From contig ML992504.1 in NCBI GenBank assembly GCA_010093995.1, forward strand, positions 930,001-994,000: a DNA stretch of 64,000 nucleotides, given 5' to 3'. Shown here piece after piece: positions 10,970 through 23,274 of this stretch (position 1 is the stretch's first letter; every line of letters begins with the position of its first letter). Source of the DNA: Elsinoe ampelina. Its lineage: Eukaryota. Made by a program: the position numbers and the translations under genes. The notes under the pieces are model-generated. The model did no database searches. It saw only the letters and a program-made list of their open reading frames with translations, and was not told the origin of the DNA.

Positions 10970-12621
10970 AAAGTACTATAGAATACTATACCTAGACTTA
11001 TTAAGTTAGATAAGGAGATATAAGAGCTATAGTATAAAATTAAAAAGGTTTTATATTATAAATTTATAAAAGAAAAATACTATTATCTTATCTACTAGAA
11101 AGAATATTAGTATAGTAAAGTAATATAAGAACTAAAGAAGTACTTTACCTTATAAGTAATTCTAAACTATTAAACTAAAAACCTATCTTAGGCTAATAAA
11201 CTTTTTAGGCTAAACTATTCTATTAAAAGAAAAAGAAAGTAACTATATAAATCTCTTTACTAACTAATATCTATACTTAGAAGAGTAGTTCTTAAGTCTA
11301 TAGCTTAATTTATAAAATCTAAAGATAACTATATAGCTAGAGATAAGCTAATATAGACTTTAGTAGCTAGATAATCTTCTACTACTTCTAACTTGTTATT
11401 ATTTTTTATCTTAGTTACTAAATATTCTATCTTCTTCCTAGCTTACTTCTTATGCAATAGGCCCAGTTCACCCGGAGTGTCCTAGCCGCCGAACCCGAGG
11501 CAATGGTGTCCAATCATTTACCGCCGCCCTGTGACGCGACTTCTCTCTTCACTTTCAACCACGCCGCCCTCTGCGAATGTATGCCAATGCCTTGAATAAC
11601 ATCAACAGCTTTAGAGGGACAATATTACCCGGCATCCACAAACGTCGAGCTTCAAGCACGTTAGTTGTTCAGTTCCGGCAAGGTAGTCTTGCAGAAGCTT
11701 CGGCTTGTGCAGAAACAGGTACGAAGTGTGTCTACAACGGTCTGCTATCTGGCTGGCGTCGGTCAATGCAATCGAAAATAGCTCTGTCAAGCTGCATTTG
11801 ACACGGTTGGTGCCATGCAACTCTGGGAGCTTCGTTATCGTTTGACATCTGAATTCGCCACCCTCTATCTGTGCCGTCAAGCTCAGGCAACGCCGCCTAC
11901 ATATTGCGGCACAGCCCAGGTGTCCTGCGCTCCAATCGCCGTCCATCGACAGGTTGGGGGCACGGTTTCGCTTTCGGTTACATCAAGGTGGGAGGTGTGA
12001 CAACAGCGGGAAGTCGCATGGGTGGCTGGCCTGGCGCATCTACCGGACTCACTGAAGGCGACTGCTGTGGAATGGTAATTTAGAGCCAAAGGTGAGTCCA
12101 ACCCAAATTGAGGCATCGCCTGGTAGATCATTGGGGGCAATCAGACTTGGACGCTGCGGCGCACGATCGCTCGATCGTTGTCGACTTAGGGATGGCCTTG
12201 ACGATTTGGCTATATAAGCACAAGATGAGCTCCCGCAGAAGATACTCCATTATAGTATCTTTCACTTCAAAGAGAAGAAAATCGAAAATGCAAGTCTGCA
12301 GGACTATTCTTTAATATTTTGCATACTTACCTTTGTAGGTGTGGAACTCGGACAACAATCACGGTCGTTATTGATAGTGAGGGTCGGAGGCGTACCAGGA
12401 CGGAAGTCGTTCACGTCGACTGTCAAAGCACCTCATGCCCAACTTCGAACCTATATCGCCCGACGAACAGGACAAATCCAGCTTGCCCCGACAGTCAGGG
12501 AAACTACTATGACACGACAAAATACAAAGAGCGCAATGTTTGGAAGTGTTAGAGGAGACATCTTGTCAGGCTGGTCGCACACTGCTGCTGCCACCACCAC
12601 CACCACCGAAGGATTGATGAT

Positions 12622-13446
12622 CTAGAGGCATGAGCTTGCCAAAGTCGTTCGGTCGGTATTCAACCAAGTCTTCAACTTCTTCAATGCAATCTCATCATGA
12701 GACCTCTCCGAAGTAGCAAAGTCTTCATCGTCGACCCATCCTGGTGTCCCGGCAGTGATCAGCATGGCGCCAAATGGTTTACAAGAACCGAAATCGATTA
12801 TGATCGCCCTGCCGTGTTTGTCGATCATGATGTTCGTCGGGTTGAGGTCGTTGTGCGCTAGGCCCAGCGTATGCAGATGCTCGATTCCCGACTCAATGTC
12901 CGCAATCCATTTCACCTTGTCATGATTGTCCTCATTGGCTTTGATAGCGTCTTCCAGTGTAGCCTCATGCCGCTCTAGCAGCAAGCCGACCACGTAGCCT
13001 CTTCTGACGGAACAACCATGGTATCGGGCAATATTGGGATGAGGCCTCTTCCTGAGAAACTCCATCGTCTCTGCTTCCTCTCGTAGCAAGGTTGGGACGG
13101 TTACATCGTCTTCGGAAGGGGAGAAGAGCGCGAGCTTTGGTCGTTTAAGATAGCAGTCCCGATATTTTGATCTAAGAGCTATCGTAAATGAAGACTGTGC
13201 TTTGGGGTAGATGCATTCATCGTTTACTGGCCGCAGATGGGTGGATAATTCCGATTCCTGGAGCTCGGCCTTACGGACAGGTGCTTCGGCATAGTAGACA
13301 CGATCTTGTTCATCGATGAAAGAGAAGGTGGATCGCAGAAAAGATTGGTCCTCGACCTTGAAAACTTCACAGAGCGTGTTGAGAGTTGCGAAGGTGACAG
13401 TGTGCCGCAGTTGTCGTTGCGAGATGGATAGGGTATCTGCAGACAT
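12622..13446 (-). CDS. Fungal protein kinase-like protein (lineage-specific Ser/Thr kinase family)
   Basis: Intact intronless ORF with YLKRP (VAIK-equivalent Lys), EAETME (alphaC Glu), HPNIARYHG, HNDLNPTNIM catalytic loop, IIDFG and GTPGW. No clear Gly-rich loop and a short C-lobe. Confidence 0.85.
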   Translation of the reverse strand: MSADTLSISQRQLRHTVTFATLNTLCEVFKVEDQSFLRSTFSFIDEQDRVYYAEAPVRKAELQESELSTHLRPVNDECIYPKAQSSFTIALRSKYRDCYLKRPKLALFSPSEDDVTVPTLLREEAETMEFLRKRPHPNIARYHGCSVRRGYVVGLLLERHEATLEDAIKANEDNHDKVKWIADIESGIEHLHTLGLAHNDLNPTNIMIDKHGRAIIIDFGSCKPFGAMLITAGTPGWVDDEDFATSERSHDEIALKKLKTWLNTDRTTLASSCL

Positions 13447-13760
13447 GACGTGCGTAGGAAAGTGCGACACCGCAGGAAATAAAAGGTTTTAGAAAGTAAT
13501 TCATGTTGAACGACTTCACCGCCTAGTCCTGCCGTCTCTTTCGTCTTCGGGGGCGATGAACCTCGGCCAGGACCTGCCGCAAATACAGACAGTCGAATTC
13601 GCTTCAAACGAGCCACCCCGGGCTTGGCGGTAGTTTGTGCCGACTTCGCGTTACTACAGTCTAGTAGCCAGAAGTCTAGATACAGTACCGTGAAATCAAA
13701 GCTGAATTGAAGGTGTATAGTACTAGTTACTAGAGCTACTGTTTATTAAAATAATCTATT

Positions 13761-13983
13761 TAATGCGAGATAGATACGAACTAGATTTAGTTAGGATCTA
13801 GTTTAGATTAGTTATGTAATCTTAGCATTATAGCCTAGGCTTCTAGCCGCTCTGCCCTTAATATTACGCGTGCTTTATATACTAGTTTTCTTCTTCTTCT
13901 TCTAAGTCTTAATATCTTAATAAATAGATATAATTAACCTCTTATCTTACTAGTTATAATTACTATATTAAGACTTTATAACA
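13761..13983 (+). repeat. 5' LTR of element C
   Basis: TAATGCGAGATAGATACGAAC...TATAACA; matches 19771-19976 at an offset of 6010. The 3' end is inferred from the CA terminus. Confidence 0.85.
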
Positions 13984-16900
13984 ACTATAACTAAGCAATA
14001 GAGCTATTAAACTATCTAGTTATTCTACTACTTATATAACTACTAATAACTACTACTTATAAAGAATTAAAGAATTAAAGAAGAAGCTATTATAACTATA
14101 GTTCCTATATACACTATAATAGATTCTTACTACTACTATATAGGTTAATACTATAAACCCTAAAGATATAAGAAAAAGGTAATAAGTTAAGTTATAGATA
14201 ACTCTTAAAGGAAGTAGGCTACTAGCTAAAAATTTTAATATTCTCTTTATTATATATTAACGTTTTATACTATTTTATTTATAACTAACTATACTAAGTA
14301 TAGCTTAATCTAACTATAGTAATAAAGAGCGCTACTAAAGTAAGCTACCTTAACCTATCTCTAACAATAATAATACCTCTATCTACTCTCTCTACTATAA
14401 TCTTTTTACCCTCTCTAACGCTATACTCCTTAAGAAGCTATAGGAAGAGTATAGTATATAGGCACTAAGAGACATATTTAACTATATTAAGTTCTTCTAT
14501 AATAAGTAGACTATATAGGTAAAAGACACTTATACTAACGCTTTCTACTATTACTACAAGTTAGATACTACTTAGGCCTAGCTTAGTAACCTCTAATCCG
14601 AACTAGATATATCTTAGTCCTATACTAATAGTGTTACTACCTAAGCTACTTACTACCTAGACAAAATCTAAGAGCTTAAGGCTAAGGTAAACTAACTAAG
14701 AAACGAGATAGAGTATAGTATACTAGCCCTTTCTATACGTAGCTCTACCTTATTAGAAAAGATACTAGACTCTACTATCTTTAGTATAGGTACACCGGAG
14801 TAGTTTAAGGTCTTTAAGCACTAGATAAGGAATAAGATATATACTAATATAGATTATTTCTCTACGAGGGACACCTAGTTTACCTATCTATACTTACGCC
14901 TCTCTAGAGAAGTCTATACCCTTATTATAGACTTAGCTAGTAATAATATTATTAGCGTTAAAGAGGTCCTTACTCTCCTAGCCTAGCGCTTCGAGAATCC
15001 TAACTATAGAGCTACTATATGTACTTAGTTTACTAACCTTTTCTAGTATAATAGCATATTTAACTTCTTTATTAGCGAGTTTAATAAGTACGCTCTTTGC
15101 GCTAAGATCGCTAAAGAGGAGTAGCTATACTAGATCTATTAGAAGATATCTAATAAGCTACGTAATACTCTAGTTAACTATAACACTAATAACTTTACTA
15201 CCTTTATTACTAAGGCCTACGCTACTAACTATAATATCTAATAGAATAACCTTATTACTAAGCACACTTAGGCTTTACGTTCTATACTAGCTATAAGCTA
15301 CACTACTACTATACCTACTTATATACCTTATTTTACCTCTATGCCTATAGCTCTACCTACCTTCTACTCTATTACTAGAGGTGCTCTATAGCCTTTCTAT
15401 CTAGCTCTAGTACTTACCTATTACACATGTAGTAAGCCTAGATATATCTCTACTAAGTATATAGCTAGCGCCTTAGAGAAGGCTACTTACGCTACTATAT
15501 ACTCTATATGTATTAGCGCTATAGAGGAGATATAGTAGCTTTAGAATTGCTTAGCTAAATTAAGTAACTAGGTTAATACTAGTTCGGCCTATAAACTAGA
15601 TTTAGTTTAGCCTTAGTTTAACCCCGAAATAGACTATAAGTCTACTAGCTACTCTAGCTAGAGAAATAAGTAGCTAGAGAACAAGTTCTATTCTCTAGTA
15701 GAATAAGAGTAATTCGAGATAGATCTAGAGGTATATAGTTACTAAATAGTGTTATTAGCTACTATATCCCCGCTATTATAACTCCTATTACTATTTATAA
15801 CTCTTATAACTACTCTTATACTATTATACTTTAAGCCTTTATCGACACTAGTGCGCTTATTAGCGCCGTAGTTAATTATAACGTTCTTAATAAGCTAAAG
15901 AGCTTTAGCTACCCCGTAGTACTAGCTAGTTCTATTTAGCTTTAAGCCTATAATAGTGTTCTAATAGAGTAAGTTATATATAGTATTCCCCTTACTACTA
16001 CTGTTTCTAGTAAGCTAAATAACCTTACTACCTTTTATATTATAGATATTAGCTAATTTAACATTATTCTTAGCCTTAGCTAGCTTAAGGCTAATAGGGC
16101 TACTATTAACTACAAGCACGGCCGAGTTATATATAAAGAAGAGTTTTCGCTAACAGTTATTAAGTAGAAGCTACTATAGCTAATTAAAAGGCTAGAATCT
16201 AGATCTAAGCCTAGCTTAGATCTAGGAATCTAGCTCGGCGAAGCTGCCGCTCTAGTTTAGAACTAGTTTAGTTCTAGTCTAACTCGTAAACTAAGTTCTA
16301 GCTTAGCTACTAAGTTAGGACGAACTAGACTATATCGGCTACTAGCTCTTAGGTTAAACTTTAAGCTAAATTAGGGAGAGTTTAAGCTAATCTCCTATAG
16401 TACTTAGTTAATATATAAGTTCTTCTACTTACTTACCTATATAAGTAACACTAAATAAGAAGAACTAACTATTACCTTTATCGGCGCTATTGCTTTTATA
16501 TTAGTGGCCTAATACTAAGAGAATAAGGTGTTTATAATCTTAGTAAAGAACATTAAGGATTACTACTAGATAGTCTCTAAGCTAGAGCTAGACTCTATAG
16601 TAGTTCTTCTAGAGAAGCTATATAAATTTACTAATATCTTCTCTAAAGAGTAGTCTAATATACTTTCTCTACACTAGCTAGATTTTAACAATTAAATTAT
16701 ACTTAAGAATAGAGCTAAACTACTACGTACTAAACTCCTACGCTGCCTTTTACTAGAAGAACTTAATATAGTAGAATAATTTATCTAAGAATATCTTAAT
16801 AAAGGCTTTATTATACCGAGTTCTACTAGCTATTCCTTACCTATTCTCTTTATTTATAAGCTAGATAGAGAACTCTATCTCTACGTTAACTACTATAGCC

Positions 16901-19770
16901 TTAATAAGGTAACTAAGTAAGATATCTATCCTCTACCTCTTATTAAAGAAACACTTACGCGCGTAAGTAAGGCTAAATAGTTTAGTAAGATTAATATCTA
17001 TTAAGCCTTCTACTACCTCTATAACTCTGTCGATAGTAAAGATCTTACTATATTCTCTATACGTATAGGTAACTTTAAGTAGCTAGTAATGCTATTTAGC
17101 CTTACTAATGCCCCTATAGTCTAGTAGAGGTTTATAAATTATAACTTCGTCGATATACTAGAGTACTTTATATCGATCTACCTAGATAATATTCTTATCT
17201 ATATAAATAGCTCTTACTAAGAGCATACTAAGTATATTAAGCTAGTACTCTAAAGGCTCTACGAATTAGGCCTAAATACTAATATTAAGAAGAGCAAGTT
17301 CTATCTAATAGAGGTAAAGTACCTTAGTATTATCGTTAGCCGAGGTAGAGTTAAGATAGATCCTAAGAAGGTAGAAGCTATATAAGCGTAGAAATAGCTA
17401 GCTCCTAGTAATACTACTTAGGTAAGGAGCTTTATTAGCTTCTATAGCTACTATTATCGCTTTATTAAGGGATTTAGCACTATTACTAAGCCGCTAAATA
17501 ATCTACTTAAGAAGGACGCTATACTATAGAACGACAATTATACTGCTACGTTTAATTGTATAAAGTATACTATTATAAGCGCGCCTATCCTTATATACTT
17601 CAATTACTTAAAATAGATAGTCCTTAAGATAGACACCTCTAACACTACTACTGCTAGAATTCTATTATAATATAACAAGTCTAACGTTCTTTAGCCTATT
17701 ACCTTTTTTAGTAAATCTATAAATAAAGCTAAATATAACTATGCTATCTATAACAAGGAACTACTAGCTATTATCTAAGCCTTCGAGGAGTAGGCCTCTA
17801 AGCTTATAAGTACTTAATCTAATAAGGCTATTTACGTTCTTATTAACTACTAATCCTTAATACACTTTATAAAGACTTAGAAGCTATTACGCTACTAAGC
17901 GCGCTAGGCTCTCTACCTTACACAATTTAACTTTAAGATTATATATAGGTCTAGCGCTACTAATAGTAAGGCCGACGTACTTATAAGAAGGAATAGAGAC
18001 GTACTACGCTTAAAGGAAGACTCTAATCTATGCTAGACACTATTACTATATAAGGTGCTAGATTAGTATATTATTAACAAACTAAATCTAAGTCGTATCT
18101 AAACTAGATTACTAATCTAAGCTAAACTAAGATCTAGTTCGGTATCTAGTTCGCGAACTAGTTCGCTACCTATTTTAGCTTACGAGCTAGGTATCTACGT
18201 AGCACCTATAATAGCTATAGAAGAGCCTTTACCTCTTTTCGAAGAAGTAGCTAAAGCTAACTTATAGGACGCTAAGTGCAAAACAGTTCGAGGTATCTAC
18301 TATATAATAGAGGCCTTTCTAAAGAGAAAATAGCTACTATTAACTAATGTTACTATTAATAAAGGGATGTTATAGGTCGCTAGCTAACTATTTGTACTAT
18401 AGTTAATAGCTATAAAGGTTATCTAAGAGGTCTATATATTAAAGAACTATATATATACTAGAGCCACTAAAATAGCTACTATAATTAAGACTACCTTTTT
18501 TATTCTAGGCTATAATAACTTTATTAAGAGGTTCGTTACTAATTGCTATAACTATAAACGCTTAAAGACTTACTATAGCTTACTAGCTAGCCTCCTATCG
18601 CCTTTGCCTATTCTAGTAAGACTATAGCAATATATTACTATAGACTTTATTACTAGTCTACCTCTAGTAGATAGCTATAATATAGTACTATATGTTATTA
18701 ATTACTTATCTAAGGAATAATACTTAATCTCTTACTTCTCTAGAGAAGAAGGCACCTTAGTATTTAAGACTACTAAGTTATTATTCTTCTATATTTAGAG
18801 ACTATATAGCCTACTAGATAGTATTACCTCCGACTACGGCCCTTAGTTCGTTAGCGACGTATAGAAAAGGCTCTACTAAATCCTAAAGATTACTACTAAA
18901 CTATCTACTATAGGGCACCTATAAATAGATAGCTAATTAGAGGTTATAAATTATAAGTTTAAGTAGGTTATTCGTTTATACGCTATACGTTTTAGCAATT
19001 AGACCCTTATTCTACTAGTAGTAGAGTTCTCTACTAATACTAGCCTATTAGAAAGTATAAAGCTATTACTATTTAAGGTTACTAGGGAATATAAGCCTAG
19101 GCTAAGCTTCTAGCTCTCTTCTAACACACTATTAACAAGAGCTAAGCTAAATAAGGCCGACATTTGCGCCCTTACTAAGTAACTAGAAGAAGCGCTAGCT
19201 ATTACTAAAGCTAACCTTGCTATTGCCTAATTATAAATAGTAGAGCAAGCTAATAGATACTACTAGCTAATAGAGTTCGAGGTAGGCAATTTAGTTTAGC
19301 TATTAATAAAGAACCTCTAGTTACTAGGCAATTCGAAGCTACTACTAAAGTATATTAGTCCTTATAAGATCCTTGAAAAACAGTTACTATTAGTATATAA
19401 GCTTAATCTACTAGCTACTCTATAAAGAATTTACCTTGTGTTCTATACTAACCTCCTTACTAAGTACCTAAATAACTCTCTACTAGGCTAAGCCTTTAAG
19501 GAACTACCTCTAGTAGAGGTTAATAGTAAGGAAGAGTATAAGGTAGACAATGTAATTAATATATATATACTATAAGGGAAGCTAGTTACTTATATAAGCT
19601 AGAAGAGCTATCTAGAGAATCTTATCTAGTAGCTAATTAATAACCTTAAAGGAGTAGCTAATGTGCTACGTAACTATCTAGACTCTTATATAAATAAGCT
19701 AAGGCCGAAATAGATTAATAAATAATGTATAATAGCGTTTAAGGGCAAACGCGCTTAAGAGAGAAGGTAG

Positions 19771-19976
19771 TAATATAAGATAGATACGAACTAGATTTAA
19801 TTAGGATCTAGTTTAGATTAGTTACGTAATCTTGGCATTGTAGCCTAGGCTTCTAGCTACTTCGCCCTCGATATCACGCGTGCTTTATACACTAGTTTTC
19901 TTCTTCTTCTTCTAAGTCTTAATATCTTAATAAATAGACATAATTAACCTCTTGTCTTACTAGTTGTAATCACTGT
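19771..19976 (+). repeat. 3' LTR of element C (truncated by ~17 bp)
   Basis: Similarity to the 5' LTR stops abruptly after ...AATCACTGT; there is no terminal CA or TSD. Confidence 0.85.
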
Positions 19977-21920
19977 TCCTTAAGTTCTTTAGTACCCCTT
20001 ATCTACTAGTCTCGTAATAGGAGGATAATAGATTTAGTTTGCCTATAGGTTGAACTAAATTAGGGTCCTTCTTAGCATTTGAGCTGTTACCGAGGTTGAA
20101 ACAGCTCTAAGCTGGCCCCGGAGATTACTTCCTTACTCCAAGTGTCTACAGCCCTCTTTAGCATCTATAGCCCTATGAATGAGAACAAAGCTAACGTTGG
20201 ATGCTTGAGTATCTACATTAAGGCCAAGGAGACCTCCTATCAGGCTGGTAACGACATTCGAGCTTTCAAGTTTCCTCGCAGTGGTTACGGAACCTCTCCA
20301 ATTCCCAGCCAATACACAGCGAGTATCACTATCAGACACTACGTCTTTGCCGAGCATTTCTACAAGTTTAGAGCACACCTGTCGTAACCTGGCATCACGC
20401 CAGCCATACTCGTAGGCACAAAATACTTTGAGAAGGTCGAGGTGCAGTCCACCTCTGACGGCGCCCTTATTCACGCCTTCATCAACAGTACAGCAACAGG
20501 AAACTGCAGCGATAAAGGTTTGTTTGGTGGTCTGACAGGTCAGTATAATCACCTCGCTCCATCGACTTGGTCCTGTGGCGCTTGACCCCGCCGCATGGTC
20601 AGCTACAAGCGCGAGATCCATACTAATCTATTCGCAGCCTCGGATATGAATTTCCAATTCGGCAGGGATGATCACCCTACGAAGATGCGCTTGTAAAACC
20701 AGACCATTGACTGGTCATTTGACTTTGGGGGTTAAATAAAGTGGAGTGAAAGCTACAGACCCGTAGGGGGCCGCCGCCAATGTATGGGGCGGTTCCCATA
20801 GCTACGGCTCAGTCGCCTACCAGTATGTACAGATGCATGACTTGTTTCAGTATGCTTATGAGGGACAGCGTTTGGACGTCCAAGCAGCACGCAGCCTTCA
20901 TCTCTGGCAGTGATTAGTCGGTTTGTTCGCACGTCAAACTAGAATCTGGGGACTGGAAGGACTGGCGACATGTTGATGATGCGGACAGCTGGACCGATTT
21001 GTATCACTAGGTACGCACTTCGTCGCCTCGGCGTCACTGCACTGACACATGGACAGCAAGCTCTACCGAAGGAGATCAATGATGGACTCAACGAAATCCA
21101 CATGCCTACCCTGGACACGAGCGCCATTTTGAATTACTTCGCAACCACGAACGTTTCTCCACCTGGTAAGCACATGATCAAGGTCGATCGAGTGTCTGAT
21201 GTCTAAGTTCCATGTGACCTTGTCATTCTGGGTAACGTCGAGGAAGCGACTCCTACCCCTGCCCCGGCGCCGAAGTCAGCAACACCGATGCTGTTTGCAA
21301 ATACGTTGTCGACAATTACCCCTGCAGTAGCTCGTGTGACCGGCGATCTGACCACGGGTGGACCGGTCAAGTCCAACGAGCAATTCAAGATTAATGCCAT
21401 GGCTAGCCGCCCTATTCTTGCTCAGACACTGGCAGTACTCGAGACTGGCGATGCAGACAAGATTGAGAAGTTTGTGAACGGTGGCTCAGGATATCAGATT
21501 GATCTGGCAGCGAACTCGAAAGAAATTGGGGAGAACAGCAAGAACAAGACAGCAATGTTCGATGTCAGCCTGTTTGCAGGTCTGTACAAATCCAACGGTC
21601 CTGCAGAGCTGAAGGGGACAGAGTCCACGATTGATCCCACTACCGGAAGTTGAGCACAGGTCGGAGGACCGCTTGCAAAGTTCAGACTAACTTTCGGCAG
21701 ACTCTACATGGGATCCGATGACGCTGGAAGTAACACCACCAATACCGGCGCAGTTGCTTTTACCCATGACAAGCATGATTATGAACTCAATTTCGCAACA
21801 CCAGTCACTCAAGATGGTACTTTCCAGCCATACACATTCACCGGGACACAAGCTTCTTCTGGATCAAACGAGATCAAGCCGGTGGATAGCACTCGGAGTA
21901 GCCAGCCGGCTGATGATCAT
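19977..21920 (+). pseudogene. Fragmented gene for a fungal hypothetical protein, 5' part lost at the element C junction
   Basis: Successive protein-like + strand fragments (LSIYIKAKE..SPIPSQYTASITIRH; LNYFATTNV..GKHMI; FDVSLFAGLY..IDPTTG; NFATPVTQDG) separated by stops or frameshifts; TpA-enriched next to the LTR. Confidence 0.5.
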
Positions 21921-22926
21921 GTAAGTACGTGGCAAACGGATCCGAGCCATCGTTGTTGACCAGCGCAGTGGACCGAGCCCTTGCCACCGCCTTCGTCTTC
22001 GCCCTCTTCGTCATCTTTGAGGTATGTCGAGCTGACGCTGAACGAGCGTCAAACTTAGTCATAGCTGTTCACAGGTATCAATAATCACTCATGGGTGCGA
22101 CACAGCTTGAGCCTGGGAGGGGATTTACACTCTTCTAGGAGCCGAGAAGGTCAAGTCAAGCGACACACCCTGTGCACTGTTCACAGCCACGAGACCTTTG
22201 ATGATCGGGGCGAATATCTATGACAGAGTCCCATCAAAGTTTTGCTCATCCGAATGGAACGTCGCTGACTGGACCGTGGGCCGGAACCTCAGCACGCAAG
22301 CACTTCTTGATATCTGGACAGAAATACCAGGATTATCGGCAAGTACTTACGAAGCAATGGCATGTCGTGATGGCGAGGCGCTAGCAGATATCTTTGCCAC
22401 AGCAGTACGAATCCAGACTCATCTTGAATACTGGCTGGAACGGTACCGGGAGACTTGCGGCCCTCGACGGGCAGTGCCCTCTTGGTCTCCTTTGCATTGG
22501 CAGGGTGAACTCGGCTGGCAGACTGTACTAGTCTTCAACGAAACAGAGGATGCGGGCGACTGCCTGAGCTACTGTACCGCTTCAAATCTTGTGCTAAGAG
22601 CAGCTTTGGCAGTGGTGCAGGTTCTTGGGACGAAGCTGAAGCTCGATAATGATTGGACTGCAGAGCATCTCAGGGATCGTATCCACCGCAATGCTATCGA
22701 CGTCTGTCGTTGTATCGAGTACATGATCGCGGATGAAAGGAGGGGCGCCGGTGTATTCCATTTGATGATGCCGACGACTGGAGCATGGCAAGTTCTGAGA
22801 AAGGATACCCCGGAAGGTGTATGGCTGAGAGAAGCCATGAGGGATATACATGGAGACGTCATTGATGGTGGGAGATCGATGCAGGGCATTCTCAGCAACC
22901 TCTACGAAAGCGACACATGGTTGTGA
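21920..22926 (+). pseudogene. Degenerate fungal C6 transcription-factor-like gene (C-terminal domain only)
   Basis: LTSAVDRALATAF..IFE, intron 22022-22064, then LFTGINNHSWVRHSLSLG, a frameshift in the G-run ~22115-22122, and a long ORF (LLDIWTEIPGL..NAIDVCRCIEYM..GVFHLMMP) to 22926. No Zn2Cys6 exon seen. Confidence 0.55.
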
Positions 22927-23274
22927 AACGACCATTCGACGTCAATCTGTCTTGGTCATACTACCGCAATGGTTATGTACTACAACAGTCGACAATGTAT
23001 CTTGCGCCACACGAATCCATCAACCTGCCCGACGGATCTCGACAGGTATGCTTCAAACCGTACAGAATTACAGACAAAGCCGTGCTAATGGATGACCGGT
23101 CGATGAGGACACCGAGTCCACAATATGGCACGCTAATCCCTGCCTTCTAGATGCCACAATTGAGGCCCACTGGACCTCGGACTACGGCTGATCGATCCGA
23201 AGTGTAATTATACGTCGGTGCTTCATTTTCCTCCCGCAGTCAGCAAACGTAGCAGCGGACAGAGAGACTTGAGC

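Larger units (their letters stand above)
128..11455 (+). mobile_element. Element A: heavily RIP-degenerated Ty3/gypsy chromovirus (pol plus 3' region), interrupted by a MITE and element B, 3'-truncated
   Basis: De-RIPed motifs in order: protease KA(M)ID(SG)AN ~225-255, RT YLD(D) ~1213, RNase H LE(T)D(AS)DF ~1651, integrase HH..GH ~2164 and DFI ~2378, YKLEL..RI(HP)VF(H)..LLEK across 3127-3673, chromodomain Y(E)I(E)KVL..YLI.(W)K(G)Y..(W)E(P) ~11033-11135. Extreme TpA excess and many TAA/TAG stops. Confidence 0.9.
13761..19976 (+). mobile_element. Element C: RIP-mutated Ty3/gypsy chromovirus, 3' LTR truncated
   Basis: LTRs at 13761 and 19771; zinc knuckle (C)YTCSKP(GH)IST.(C) ~15419; AFIDT(G)A ~15835; IYLD(D)IL ~17176; L(ET)D(A)S(D) ~17623; integrase NC..(C) ~18541 and DFIT(G)L ~18643; chromodomain EEY(E)VD ~19531; PPT AAGAGAGAAGG ~19757-19767. 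Confidence 0.93.

Noticed and set aside
1..20000. Alternative genetic code or organellar DNA as the explanation for the AT-rich, stop-rich region
   Set aside because: Stops coincide with expected CAA/CAG/TGG codons of retroelement motifs and LTR pairs differ by transitions, which is the RIP signature.
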